Shown piece after piece: positions 8,433 through 17,785 of a stretch of DNA of 64,000 nucleotides (position 1 is its first letter; each line of letters opens with the position of its first letter). The stretch covers positions 416,001 through 480,000 of the forward strand of contig CBDCKN010000003.1 of the NCBI GenBank assembly GCA_965218295.1, given 5' to 3'. Below the pieces are notes generated by a model. That model was not told the origin of the DNA. It ran no database searches and saw only the letters and a program-made list of their open reading frames with translations. The DNA comes from Longimicrobiales bacterium. Lineage in GTDB: Bacteria > Gemmatimonadota > Gemmatimonadetes > Longimicrobiales > Gaopeijiaceae. Made by a program: the position numbers and the translations under genes.

Positions 8433-9296
8433 ATGGAAGACAAGACCGGGCATATCACTCTCTGGAGCGCCGTGTGCGCCGCCGGAGCTGCCGTGATAGC
8501 TGGTTTTGGCATCCTTGGGGCAACCCTTCTCGTGGGCGGCGCTTTGGGAATCGCGGAGTCGCTTCGTGCATATCGGCCCATCGTGCGCCCCAAGCCACGC
8601 TACGATGCAAGCCAGGGTTTCCGGGCTCGCGTAAAGATCCACAACAAGGGTCGGGTGGCTGCAAAGAAATGTGCCGTGCGTGTTGTGTCCGTTCGTGAGA
8701 TTAGGCCAGGTGGTGTCCACCGCCGCTCCGATATCCCAACAATCCGCCTGCACTGGCAAGACACGGGCGGCGATCTACTCGATATTGTCGCTGATGACGA
8801 CCCAGGGATCGAAGTGGTGTGCGCTGACTTCCCGCATCCGGTGGCCCGCCTCGGCCCTCACAAAATCTGGGAGGGGGGCATAACCCTCATTACGCTACGG
8901 GTTACGGGCGAGAACATACGTGCCGTCCAGTGCACTTTCTTTTTCTCCTGCCACCATCGCCGATATCACGCGGGATGGCGGTGGGAAGAATGGCGCACCC
9001 CTTGGTATGCGCGGACTCGGCTACCGCCTCTACCGAGTCTCGCCTCGCCGCTTGCATCTGAGAAGGCGTCAACAACAGTTCATCCCGAGACGGCACCCTA
9101 CAGGGTTTCCCGTTGGAATCAGTATCCCAACTACGAGTGCGGGCAATGCCCGTTCAAGAACCTCGACAAGAGTCTACTGGTCCGCCACCTGAAGAACGAC
9201 CATGGGATTGAAGTCGATCCCGATTCTATTCCTGACGCCCCCAACCGGGGTGTTGTCTCCCTCTCTGCCAACTTACGTGAGACACGGAACGCCTAA
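8433..9296 (+). CDS. IS passenger protein: N-terminal hydrophobic helix and a C2H2 zinc-finger motif; probably cut at the 3' end by the IS3 insertion
   Basis: LWSAVCAAGAAVIAGFGILGATLLVGGALGI; CGQC-x12-H-x4-H; stop codon lies inside the IS3 left end. Confidence 0.6.
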   Translation: MEDKTGHITLWSAVCAAGAAVIAGFGILGATLLVGGALGIAESLRAYRPIVRPKPRYDASQGFRARVKIHNKGRVAAKKCAVRVVSVREIRPGGVHRRSDIPTIRLHWQDTGGDLLDIVADDDPGIEVVCADFPHPVARLGPHKIWEGGITLITLRVTGENIRAVQCTFFFSCHHRRYHAGWRWEEWRTPWYARTRLPPLPSLASPLASEKASTTVHPETAPYRVSRWNQYPNYECGQCPFKNLDKSLLVRHLKNDHGIEVDPDSIPDAPNRGVVSLSANLRETRNA

Positions 9297-9331
9297 AGAA
9301 TTAGAGTAGGGCGAAGGCAGAGAAACCGAGG

Positions 9332-9781
9332 ATGCTGAGAGACCGAGAGAGAATGAAAGAGAATGGAATAGCCCCACTAACATGGCAGGGTAAGCGAAGC
9401 GCGGCAGCCGTCCCGGACCCGGAGGTCGTGGATAAGCCGCTCCACCGCCGGTTCGCTCCGTCGTACAAGCTGCGGATCGTCGAAGAAGCGGACCGGTGCA
9501 CGGAGTCCGGAGAGGTCGGCCGACTCCTACGGCGCGAAGGCTTGTACTCGTCGCACCTGACGACATGGCGCAAGGCGGCGCATAGCGGGTCCCTGAAAGC
9601 GCTGTCGAAGAAACGAGGCCGTAAGCGCGAACGGAATCCTCTGGAGGAGAAGGTGCGCAAGTTGGAGCGTGAGAACACTCGCCTCGAGAAGGAGCTCCAG
9701 AAGGCGCACCTGATCATCGACGTCCAGGGAAAAGTTGCAGGGCTGCTGGGATTGAGCCTCGAGGACGGAACGCACTCATGA
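9332..9781 (+). CDS. IS3-family OrfA (HTH plus coiled coil)
   Basis: RRFAPSYKLRIVEEAD, LLRREGLYSSHLTTWRK. Confidence 0.85.
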   Translation: MLRDRERMKENGIAPLTWQGKRSAAAVPDPEVVDKPLHRRFAPSYKLRIVEEADRCTESGEVGRLLRREGLYSSHLTTWRKAAHSGSLKALSKKRGRKRERNPLEEKVRKLERENTRLEKELQKAHLIIDVQGKVAGLLGLSLEDGTHS

Positions 9782-10785
9782 AGGCGACCCAGGAGCTGGC
9801 CAAGCATGTAGGGGTGAAGCCCGCGTGTACTGCGCTCAGGGTCTCCCGAGCCACGTTCTACCGTCGTCGGAGTCCAACGACCGGGCATCAGCAGCCCCGC
9901 CCGACCCCCGCCCGGGCCTTGAGCGAGAAGGAACGAGACAGGGTGTTCGACACGCTGTGTTCGGACCGGTTCGTGGACCGCGCCCCGGCCGAGGTCGTGG
10001 CGACGCTGCTCGACGAGGACGTCTACCTGTGCAGCGAGCGTACGATGTATCGCGTTCTGGACTCGCGTGAGGCGGTTCAGGAGCGCCGAGCACAGCGGAG
10101 TCATCCCGAATACAAGAAACCCGAGCTGATGGCGACGGGCCCGAACCAGGTCTGGTCCTGGGATATCACCCGGCTGCTGGGGCCGAAGAAGTGGAGCTAC
10201 TTCTACCTCTACGTCATCCTGGACATCTTCAGCCGCTACGTGCCGGGATGGATGGTGGCGGATCGGGAGAACTCCGCCTTGGCCGGCCGGCTGATCCAGC
10301 AGAGTTGCCTCAAGCATGGCGTCCAGCCCCAGGTCCTGACCCTGCACTCCGATCGAGGGGCTCCGATGACGAGCCAATGCACGGCTCAGCTACTCGCCGA
10401 TCTCGGCGTGACCCGCTCTTTGAGCCGACCCCAGGTCTCGGATGACAATCCGTTCTCCGAGGCTCAGTTCAAGACCTTGAAGTACCATCCCTCGTTTCCC
10501 GGGTGGTTCGGGGATCAGAACCAGGCCAAGACATTCTGTCGCTCGTTCTTCCCTTGGTACAATACCGAGCACCGCCATGGCGGCATCTCGATGCTGACGC
10601 CCGAACAGGTCCACTTCGGTCTCGCCGATCAGGTCATCGCCCGCAGGAAGGCAGTGCTCCGCGAAGCCTGGACCGCTCATCCCGACCGCTTCGTCTCCGG
10701 TGAGCCGAAGCCTAAACCACTCCCGGAGGCCGTCTGGATCAATCCTCCAAGCCCCACCCTCACTGCACAGGAGATCGCTCTCTAA
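9778..10785 (+). CDS. IS3-family OrfB DDE transposase (rve)
   Basis: PNQVWSWDIT, LDIFSRY, LHSDRG, DNPFSEAQFKTLKY; ATGA overlap with orfA. Confidence 0.92.
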   Translation: MKATQELAKHVGVKPACTALRVSRATFYRRRSPTTGHQQPRPTPARALSEKERDRVFDTLCSDRFVDRAPAEVVATLLDEDVYLCSERTMYRVLDSREAVQERRAQRSHPEYKKPELMATGPNQVWSWDITRLLGPKKWSYFYLYVILDIFSRYVPGWMVADRENSALAGRLIQQSCLKHGVQPQVLTLHSDRGAPMTSQCTAQLLADLGVTRSLSRPQVSDDNPFSEAQFKTLKYHPSFPGWFGDQNQAKTFCRSFFPWYNTEHRHGGISMLTPEQVHFGLADQVIARRKAVLREAWTAHPDRFVSGEPKPKPLPEAVWINPPSPTLTAQEIAL

Positions 10786-10824
10786 TTGTTTCACCCAAGT
10801 GTCTCATCGGGGTTGACAGGCTCC

Positions 10825-11481
10825 GTCTTAATCCCCGTTCCGGGCGACATCCGCGAGATGGGCCTGGTAGACCGTGAGGAGCGGCTAAGGGCCTGGTGGG
10901 GGGCCGTGAAGGCACCACTGAACCCCGTAGACGCTGGTCTGCTCATGGAGCGACTGAGCTTCATGTACGGGGAACACTACCCTGAGATGAAGCCCTTCCT
11001 GAGCGAGGAAACGATAGAGGCGGTCGAGAAGAAGTACGGCCCCGTTGACCTGATTGCTGTGGGTTCCCATGGACACATGCGCGGCCTCTTGCGACGCGAT
11101 ATCAAGCGGGCTGCGAAGCAATTGGGGGTTGATCTTGGGGCCGTCCTCGGGAAATCGGGCGGCGAGTACGAAGAGTCCCTGAAGGCGCTTGAGTTGGGCG
11201 ACCTCTCTGTCTACCCACCGGCGGAGCAGTTGAAGCGAGCCCGCGATCACTTCGTCGATGTCGTTGCGGAGGTGGAGACGGGGGGTGCTAGTCGTGCCAA
11301 AGTGGATGAGGCCAAAGATACGCTCTTGGAGAAGAGCCGAGCGTATAACGCAAGCGGTCCGGGCTACGTGAAGGACTTTGAGCTTATTCAGGAGTCATTG
11401 AAGCGGCTGGCTATGCCGTCAAGCTTCGATAGCGAAGAGCCTTCCCGTCAAGAATCCGAAGAAGAAGATCCCGGAAAATGA
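10825..11481 (+). CDS. IS passenger ORF, helical protein of unknown function (start uncertain; may be the distal half of 8433-9296)
   Basis: Open frame with natural protein composition; converges on and overlaps the transposase 3' end. Confidence 0.5.
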   Translation, partial: VLIPVPGDIREMGLVDREERLRAWWGAVKAPLNPVDAGLLMERLSFMYGEHYPEMKPFLSEETIEAVEKKYGPVDLIAVGSHGHMRGLLRRDIKRAAKQLGVDLGAVLGKSGGEYEESLKALELGDLSVYPPAEQLKRARDHFVDVVAEVETGGASRAKVDEAKDTLLEKSRAYNASGPGYVKDFELIQESLKRLAMPSSFDSEEPSRQESEEEDPGK

Positions 11482-12322
11482 GCGGGTTATCCCTGTTGTT
11501 GAAGCGCCATTCAAGCTCTTCGAGGTAACGGTCCATATGCTTCACGCTGATCTTGTGGAAGGCACCCATGACGGAACGCTTGAACAGGCTCCACATGCCT
11601 TCGACGCTGTTCGTGTGGACATCGCCCACGACCCATTCGTCGAGGTTGTGCTGCACGGTGTCATGCTCGATGCCCATACGGTCCCCGAGGCCACGGTAGG
11701 CCGGAAACTCGTCGGTGTAGATGGCGAGGGCTTCATCGGTGACGGTGCGCTTGATGAAGTCGTCCAAGGTGGCCCGTTTCGTGTTCGGGATGCGCTCCAG
11801 GCGGACGCGCCCGTCACGCTGCACGGCACCCACGACGATGGACTTGTTGGTCGTCGAGTAGGGTCCTCTGCCCTTGCCTCGCTGGCGACCACCGACAAAC
11901 GTCTCGTCCACTTCGATGATCCCGAACAGCGTCGGTCCCTCGAAGCGGTCGGTAGTCATGGCCTCACGGATGCGGTGACAGAGGTGCCAAGCGGTCTTGT
12001 AGGAGACTCCGAGGGTGCGCTTCATCTGGTTCGCGCTGATCCCCTTCTTAGACTCGATCATCAGGTACATGGCCACGAACCACTTCCGCAGAGGAAGCTT
12101 GGTGTTGTCGAAGATCGTCCCCGAGGTCACAGAGAAGCGGTAGCGGCATCCGTTGCAATCGAACTGGTCCCGAGTGGTGATCTCGGATACGGACATGTCA
12201 CCGCAACGCGGGCAGGCGACACCAGACGGCCAGCGCAGCTTTTCGAGGTATTCCCGGCAGGTCTCTTCGGTTCCGAAGCGATCCATCAACGACATCAGAT
12301 TGATATTGGCGGTGCTAGACAT
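11411..12322 (-). CDS. IS1595-family transposase
   Basis: Zn ribbon CPRC..CNGC, GTIFDNTKLPL, EVDETFVGG, YTDE, HTNSVEGMWSLFKR, RYLEELEWRFNNR. Confidence 0.95.
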   Translation of the reverse strand: MSSTANINLMSLMDRFGTEETCREYLEKLRWPSGVACPRCGDMSVSEITTRDQFDCNGCRYRFSVTSGTIFDNTKLPLRKWFVAMYLMIESKKGISANQMKRTLGVSYKTAWHLCHRIREAMTTDRFEGPTLFGIIEVDETFVGGRQRGKGRGPYSTTNKSIVVGAVQRDGRVRLERIPNTKRATLDDFIKRTVTDEALAIYTDEFPAYRGLGDRMGIEHDTVQHNLDEWVVGDVHTNSVEGMWSLFKRSVMGAFHKISVKHMDRYLEELEWRFNNRDNPLIFRDLLLRILDGKALRYRSLTA

Positions 12323-12482
12323 GGTTGATTCCACCAAGCGCAGAGAGAAGGACCGGCTCCCCAAGGACGTGAGCAAACTCACGGGAGACGAGATCATGCA
12401 GAAGGTGTTCAGCAAACGCGTCGTGAAGGAGTTGAAACGCGTGGCTCAGGAAAGCGAGCCGAAAGAGCCGAAAACCGAGTAA
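12321..12482 (+). CDS. Small basic protein (53 aa) divergent from the IS1595 transposase
   Basis: MVDSTKRREKDRLPKDVSKLTGDEIMQKVFSKRVVKELKRVAQ...; its ATG shares a CATG with the transposase ATG. Confidence 0.45.
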   Translation: MVDSTKRREKDRLPKDVSKLTGDEIMQKVFSKRVVKELKRVAQESEPKEPKTE

Positions 12483-13401
12483 CGATGCCATACAATCAAT
12501 ATACTGCGATAGGGACAGCCGTGCAAGATATATACAATCGCCAATCGTTTTCTCCGGCTGCTTCACCTCCCCACCCACCGCGGCGATCAGGTCGAAGCCC
12601 TGCAGCGCGATGAACGTGTAACCCATGGCCTGGACCAGGCCCTGACCACCGGTCTCCAGGAAGGGCTGGAAGCTCGCCGTCAGCTCCCCGAGGGTGGGCG
12701 GGCGAGTCATCAAGACCCAGAAGCCTGCCGCGATGAGGCCGGCGAATACGACCATCTTCCCGACCGTCGCCCACTGGCCGCTCTGGGCCGTCGAGCGCGA
12801 GAGGCTCCAGACGTAGTAGCCCACGGCGGCCAGCGCGTACAGCAGCATGGCGAATCGGCCGCCGAGCCATCCCGGAGGCGTGCCTCCGGCAGCCCGGACG
12901 AGCTGCTCGAGGACGGGGATCAGGAAGACGGCGAACCCGAGGGCGTAGAGCACCGCTGCCACCACCGATGCGAACCACACCACCCAACCCACCGCAAAGG
13001 CCGCCTCGACCGTCAGTACCTTGCGGGCATAGGTGTAAGTGCCTCCGGACTCGGGAAAACGAGAGGCAAGCTCCGCAAAGGACAGAGCCGTTAGCACGGC
13101 GATGGCGCCGTTCACGGCAAAGGCGACGATGGCGCTGGGTCCGGTCGTGGCAAACGCGACGCCGGCAAGGGCGAGCACCCCGCCGCCCACAATGGCACCG
13201 ACGCCTACACCGGTGGCGCCCCAAAGGCCTAAGGTTCTGTGGCCGTGGCTGTCCGATCGCGACATGGCGTGAAGGATAGACGAACGACCGGCTTTCCGGG
13301 AGGCGTGGGCCGCGTGCCGGAGGGAGACGAGCCGTCTCGGCCGCATCCCGGGGGAAGACCAACCGTCTCAGCCCCGTCCCGACCCCCCGTCTGCCCGTCG
13401 C

Positions 13402-14157
13402 TCAGATCGTCTCCAGCACCTCTACGCGGACCCAGCCGACCTTCCCATCCTCCAAAACCACCTCGGCCCATTCTTCGGCACGGCGGTCCACCCTTACCTT
13501 GGTGCCTTCGTGGACCGTGAAGATCGTGAGGGTCTCGTCGTCGACGGGAGCGCTCATGACGTCTACCTGCGGCTCCAGGACTACCGCCTCCTCCGCCTGA
13601 CCGATCTCCAGCTCCCGGATGGCCAGATTGAGCCCCAGGACCAACAGGACCCCACCGGTACCGAGCGCCACGCGTCCGCCCCAGACTGCGGAAGGCGCTC
13701 CGCGCTTAAGGATGAGCACGATCACCCCGCCCATGGCGGCTACGTACGCCGAGACCACCAGAAGGACGAGGAGTGATCTGGGCAGGAGGTCGACCCACCA
13801 GCTCCAGGCGTCCAGCACCCAGAACCTCGGGAGGGGCTCGATCTCGTCGGCCGTGAGCGACCGGGCCAGATCGAGGTTCGCCCGCACGTCCTCGTCACGG
13901 GGGAGGAGGCGCCGGGCCCGCTCATAGTAGAGGATGGCCCGTGCCAGATCGCCGCTCTTGAAGTACGAATTGCCGATGTTGTAGTAGACCTGTCCGCTCT
14001 CAAAGCCGGCCTCGACCACCCTCAGGTAGCTGGAGAGGGCTCCCTCGAAGTCGCCCTCCTGATAGAGTCGGTTGCCCTCCTGGTAGAACTCCACCTGAGC
14101 GGATCCCGTTCCGGGAACGAAAACCGCCAGAGCGGAGAGCAGAACGGCGGCCCTCAT
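13402..14157 (-). CDS. batE: BatE-like TPR/SH3 membrane protein
   Basis: Signal peptide, YYNIGNSYFK..LARAILYYERA TPR, two TM helices, C-terminal HEGTKV..GWV. Confidence 0.8.
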   Translation of the reverse strand: MRAAVLLSALAVFVPGTGSAQVEFYQEGNRLYQEGDFEGALSSYLRVVEAGFESGQVYYNIGNSYFKSGDLARAILYYERARRLLPRDEDVRANLDLARSLTADEIEPLPRFWVLDAWSWWVDLLPRSLLVLLVVSAYVAAMGGVIVLILKRGAPSAVWGGRVALGTGGVLLVLGLNLAIRELEIGQAEEAVVLEPQVDVMSAPVDDETLTIFTVHEGTKVRVDRRAEEWAEVVLEDGKVGWVRVEVLETI

Positions 14158-16001
14158 GACAGACCCTCCTGGACGGCGGTCATGGCCCTGGCCGCCCGCT
14201 CGAAGAAGGCGGCCCGCTCCTCGTCGCCGGAGCCCGGGGGAGCGAAGCGCGCCCGGTCGCACGCGCCCAGGCACTCCAGGTATTCCTCGACCGCATCCGG
14301 TGAGACCCCACGCTCGTGGAGCTCTGGCTCGGCGCTGTCGGACATGAAGCCGGCCTCGGCGACGTTGAGCTTGTCGGCGAGGAAGCCCCGCAGGGCCCGC
14401 TCAACCTCCGCGTAGAAGCCCCGTGCATCATCCCCGGACATTGCCGACTGCGCCCGACCCAGGCGCTTCCTCGCTACGCGGCTGGCCCGACGGCCCCGGG
14501 CGTACGCCACGTCGCCTTCCAGGCGGTCCTGGTGCCACCTGAGGCCCAACGCCCCGATCATGGCAACCAGCGGGAGCAGGGTCACGATCCAGAAACCCGG
14601 AGAATCGAAGATCGAGGCGTCGGCCACGGCGAAGCGCACGGGAGCGATCTGGATGAACCGGATATCCTCCCGAACCGTCTCCACGCCGGTGCGTACACCG
14701 GCCGCGATCACCACGGCGTCCCCGGTCACCTCCAGAGCCAACGGGCGGGTCGCCGCCGTGGCGTAGCGCCCACTCCCTGCATCGAAGTAGCTCATCTCGA
14801 TAGAGGGGATGGTCTTCTCGCCCGGCGTCCTGGGGATCAGAACGTAGTCGAAGGTCTTGGTCCCGCTGATGCGAGTCCCGCTTCGGTCGATGGACTCCGA
14901 GACCTCCGGGGGGAAAACCTCGAAGTCACGGGAGAAATCGATCGTGGGCGCCGCGAGCGCTCGGAGGTTCCCTTCGCCGGAGACCGTGACGGAAAGCGTC
15001 ACGGCCTCGTTCGTCTCTACATCGGCTCGATCGATGGAAGCCGTGACGTCGAGCCGGCCCACGAGACCCGTGAAGCTCTCGGGCCGGCCGGCCTGGGGCA
15101 GCGGCAGCACCTCGATGACCACGGGGTCGGACGCCACCACAGTGGGCACCAGTGAGCCGAAGAGAGAGCTGCGGTTAAAGAAATCCTCGAAGGGGTCCCG
15201 CGACTGCCGCTGCACCCTGACCCTGGCTTCCACGCTGAGGGGCTCGACGGTCCTGGTGCCGGGCCCCGTGGGGAAGAGCACGGCGTGCCTGAGGACGGCG
15301 GTGGCGTACTGTACTCCATCCCTCACCACCTGCTCGACCTGGGGGCTCTGCGTCTGGGGCACATCCTCAACCCAGAAGCCCTCGTTTCCCGCGGTCTGCG
15401 TGATACTGTAGGAGCTGACGTTGACGCGCGTGAAGAGGCGGTACTGCACCACGACGGGCTCGTTCTCGTAGACCCGGCGCTTGCTGACCTCGGCCACCAC
15501 GAACAGGTCCTCTGGGCTCACGCTCGAAGGGTCCTCGGGGGGAGGGCCGGCACCCGGCGGAGGCGGCGGGGCGGCGGACACGGTGAGCGTCACCGGCTCG
15601 GTCCCGAGAACCCGCCCCCCCGCCCGAACCGTGACGGGGCCGATGTCGAAGGTGCCCTCCTCGATGGCCTGGTAGCGATACTGGACGATCAGCGAGACCG
15701 TGGTGACCCCGTTGATCATCTGCATGTTGGTGGAGCTGCTGGCGCCCAGGTAACGGGCGAAGCTCCCCATGACCGGAAGCTCCGGATCGGTGTCGGTCCG
15801 CTGCGTGCCCGTCACCTCGACGTTTAGCACGAACTGCCTGTTGAGGCCCACTGTGGCGGGGGTGAGGAAGGCCCGGGCGGTCACTTCCTGGGCCGCCGTG
15901 TGGGCCGGGGCCACCGTGCCAACAAGGAACGCGACCCACAACAAGGGCCATGATGCCTTCCTCGAGATCGCCCACGACACGGTGCGAGCCACGCTCATCA
16001 C
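14154..16001 (-). CDS. batD: BatD-family protein
   Basis: SSSTNMQMING, GFWVED, SFTGLVG, GEGNL, FDYVLIP; operon context. Confidence 0.82.
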   Translation of the reverse strand: MMSVARTVSWAISRKASWPLLWVAFLVGTVAPAHTAAQEVTARAFLTPATVGLNRQFVLNVEVTGTQRTDTDPELPVMGSFARYLGASSSTNMQMINGVTTVSLIVQYRYQAIEEGTFDIGPVTVRAGGRVLGTEPVTLTVSAAPPPPPGAGPPPEDPSSVSPEDLFVVAEVSKRRVYENEPVVVQYRLFTRVNVSSYSITQTAGNEGFWVEDVPQTQSPQVEQVVRDGVQYATAVLRHAVLFPTGPGTRTVEPLSVEARVRVQRQSRDPFEDFFNRSSLFGSLVPTVVASDPVVIEVLPLPQAGRPESFTGLVGRLDVTASIDRADVETNEAVTLSVTVSGEGNLRALAAPTIDFSRDFEVFPPEVSESIDRSGTRISGTKTFDYVLIPRTPGEKTIPSIEMSYFDAGSGRYATAATRPLALEVTGDAVVIAAGVRTGVETVREDIRFIQIAPVRFAVADASIFDSPGFWIVTLLPLVAMIGALGLRWHQDRLEGDVAYARGRRASRVARKRLGRAQSAMSGDDARGFYAEVERALRGFLADKLNVAEAGFMSDSAEPELHERGVSPDAVEEYLECLGACDRARFAPPGSGDEERAAFFERAARAMTAVQEGLS

Positions 16002-16006
16002 TTGGC

Positions 16007-16747
16007 CTACCAGGGTTTCTTCGGCCGGCGACCCCGGGCGGGTTGGGCCGGGCGTCGGTTCACATCGTCCGGATCTTCCTGGACGGCTTGCAGCAGCCGC
16101 TCGGCTTCCTCCTGGCTCATCTGGCCGGGAGCCTCCTGAGGCTGTTGCTGCTCCTCGGGAGAGTCCTGGGGGTCCTGCTCTCCCTGTTTTTGCTGGTCCT
16201 GATCATCCTGCTGCTGGTCACCCCGGTCCTGTTGGTCCTGTTGCTGTTGCTGCTGGTCCTGATCCTGGTCCTCTGGCTCTCCTTCGCTGTTCTGCTGCTG
16301 GTCCTGTTGCTGCTGTTGAAGCTGCTCCAGGACTCGCTCCAGGTTGTGCTTGTAGTCCGTCTCCCCGGGGTTGCTGCGGAGGGCCTGCTTGAAGGCTTCC
16401 AGGCTCTCTTCAAGCTGCTGGCCCCGATAGAGGGCGTTACCGAGGTTGTACCAGGCCGGTCCGGCCAACGACGGATCTCCGCTCTCGATGGCCTGGCGAT
16501 AGGCGTCGAGAGCCCTCTCGTACTCCTCGGTCTGGTAGAGGGCATTGCCGTCGTTGAAGAGGACCAGGGGCGAATTCGGCGCATCCCGTAGCGCCTCGAG
16601 ATACCTCTCGTGCGCCTCCTCGAAGAGACCCTCCTCGTAGAGACGGTTGCCTTCGTTCACCTGGGTACGACCCCGTTGGGCGGCTGCTCCGGAAGGCAAT
16701 CCTGCAAACAACACAGCGGCCGTCACGAGTCCAAGGCTCAGCCTCAT
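16007..16747 (-). CDS. batC: BatC-like TPR protein with Gln-rich tail
   Basis: TPRs (AWYNLGNALY, YKHNLE), Q/D-rich linker, MSQEEAERLLQAV...KPW. Confidence 0.8.
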   Translation of the reverse strand: MRLSLGLVTAAVLFAGLPSGAAAQRGRTQVNEGNRLYEEGLFEEAHERYLEALRDAPNSPLVLFNDGNALYQTEEYERALDAYRQAIESGDPSLAGPAWYNLGNALYRGQQLEESLEAFKQALRSNPGETDYKHNLERVLEQLQQQQQDQQQNSEGEPEDQDQDQQQQQQDQQDRGDQQQDDQDQQKQGEQDPQDSPEEQQQPQEAPGQMSQEEAERLLQAVQEDPDDVNRRPAQPARGRRPKKPW

Positions 16748-17775
16748 GAGAACCTCCCCGCCCATGCCTCTTCCTTCCGTCGTCGGTCCGACATGAGGCC
16801 CTCCACCAACAGAAGCAGTAGCGCCATCCCGAGGAAGATCTGGAACTGCTCCTCGAATTGAGTCACCTCCCGGGCCTCCAGCTCCCGGCCATCGCCGCCT
16901 GTGATCTCGTCAATGAGGGCGTCCAGATTCGCCCCGGGATCCGTGGCCGGAAAGTACCTGCCCCCGGTAGCCCGGGAGATGCGCTGCAGCGTCGCCTCAT
17001 CCAGACGGGTGGTCACCACGTTCCCCTCGGCATCCCGCTTGAAGCCACTCCGTACTCCAGCCTGGTCCACCTCCGGGATGGGGACACCGTCCAGGGACCC
17101 GATCCCCACCGTGTGAATCTGAACCCCTTCCTGCACCGCGCGCTCCAGGGCGCTGTCGATCTCACCCTCGTGGTCCTCGCCGTCGGTGACGATCAGCAGA
17201 ACCCGGTGGTCGCGGGTGCCCTCCTCGAAGGCGTCGAGGGCCACCGTCAGGGCCTCACCCAGGTCGGTTCCCTGGATGGGAATCAGGCCGGGCTCCATGG
17301 AGTTCAGAAACATGGCCGCCACACCGTAGTCCACGGTCAGAGGTGCTTGCACGAAGGCGTTCCCGGCGAAGGCGACCAGGCCGATGCGGTCGCCATCCAG
17401 GCGCAGGAGAATCCGCATGATCTCGAGTCGGGCCCTCTCCAGCCGGTTCGGGGTGACGTCCTCGGCGAGCATGGACAGCGATACGTCCAGGGCCACCATC
17501 ACGTCCTGCCCCTGGCTCCGCACGGTCTCCACGCGGGTCCCGAACTGGGGTCTGGCCAGCGCCAGCACCAGGAACGCCACGGCGACCAACAACAGGACGC
17601 TCTTGGCCGCTCTTCCCCTCCGGCTCACGGACGCGCTCAGCTTCTGAACCAGCTCCAGGTCGCCGAAACGTGCCAGGGCCTGTCTGCGTGCCCTGAGCGC
17701 TCCCCAGAAGAACGCAGCCAGGGCCGGGACTAGGAGCAGTGCGAAGAGCGTCTCCATAGATGCGAAGCGGAACAA
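16744..17775 (-). CDS. batB: BatB-like vWA domain protein
   Basis: LALARPQFG, DVSLSM MIDAS, PLTVDY, TDGEDHEG; TTG start after AGGAG. Confidence 0.85.
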   Translation of the reverse strand: MFRFASMETLFALLLVPALAAFFWGALRARRQALARFGDLELVQKLSASVSRRGRAAKSVLLLVAVAFLVLALARPQFGTRVETVRSQGQDVMVALDVSLSMLAEDVTPNRLERARLEIMRILLRLDGDRIGLVAFAGNAFVQAPLTVDYGVAAMFLNSMEPGLIPIQGTDLGEALTVALDAFEEGTRDHRVLLIVTDGEDHEGEIDSALERAVQEGVQIHTVGIGSLDGVPIPEVDQAGVRSGFKRDAEGNVVTTRLDEATLQRISRATGGRYFPATDPGANLDALIDEITGGDGRELEAREVTQFEEQFQIFLGMALLLLLVEGLMSDRRRKEEAWAGRFS

Positions 17776-17785
17776 CTGTCGTCTC

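Larger units (their letters stand above)
9285..10825 (+). mobile_element. IS3-family insertion sequence nested in the IS1595 element (ends approximate)
   Basis: Two-ORF transposase; candidate ends CGGAAC...GCTCCG, alternatively TGAGACAC(9278)...GTGTCTCA(10806); no clear TSD. Confidence 0.8.
8380..12542. mobile_element. IS1595-family element with passenger genes (4163 bp including the nested IS3)
   Basis: 24-bp imperfect TIRs GGTGATTGTAACCCTGTTGCACGG / GGCGATTGTATATATCTTGCACGG (18/24); 8-bp TSD AATCGTTT at 8372-8379 and 12543-12550. Confidence 0.93.
6863..13265 (-). pseudogene. APC-family amino acid permease with C-terminal USP-like domains, split by the IS1595 element (5' part 12543-13265, 3' part 6863-8371)
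   Basis: LGLWGATGVGVGAIVGGG, ELASRFPESGGTY, FIALQGFD..GGEVKQPEKTI|PRAMLLS; removing the element plus one TSD copy restores a 743-aa frame. Confidence 0.9.

Noticed and set aside
16140..16330. CAG/GAC-rich low-complexity tract
   Set aside because: It encodes the Gln-rich linker normal for BatC-like proteins.
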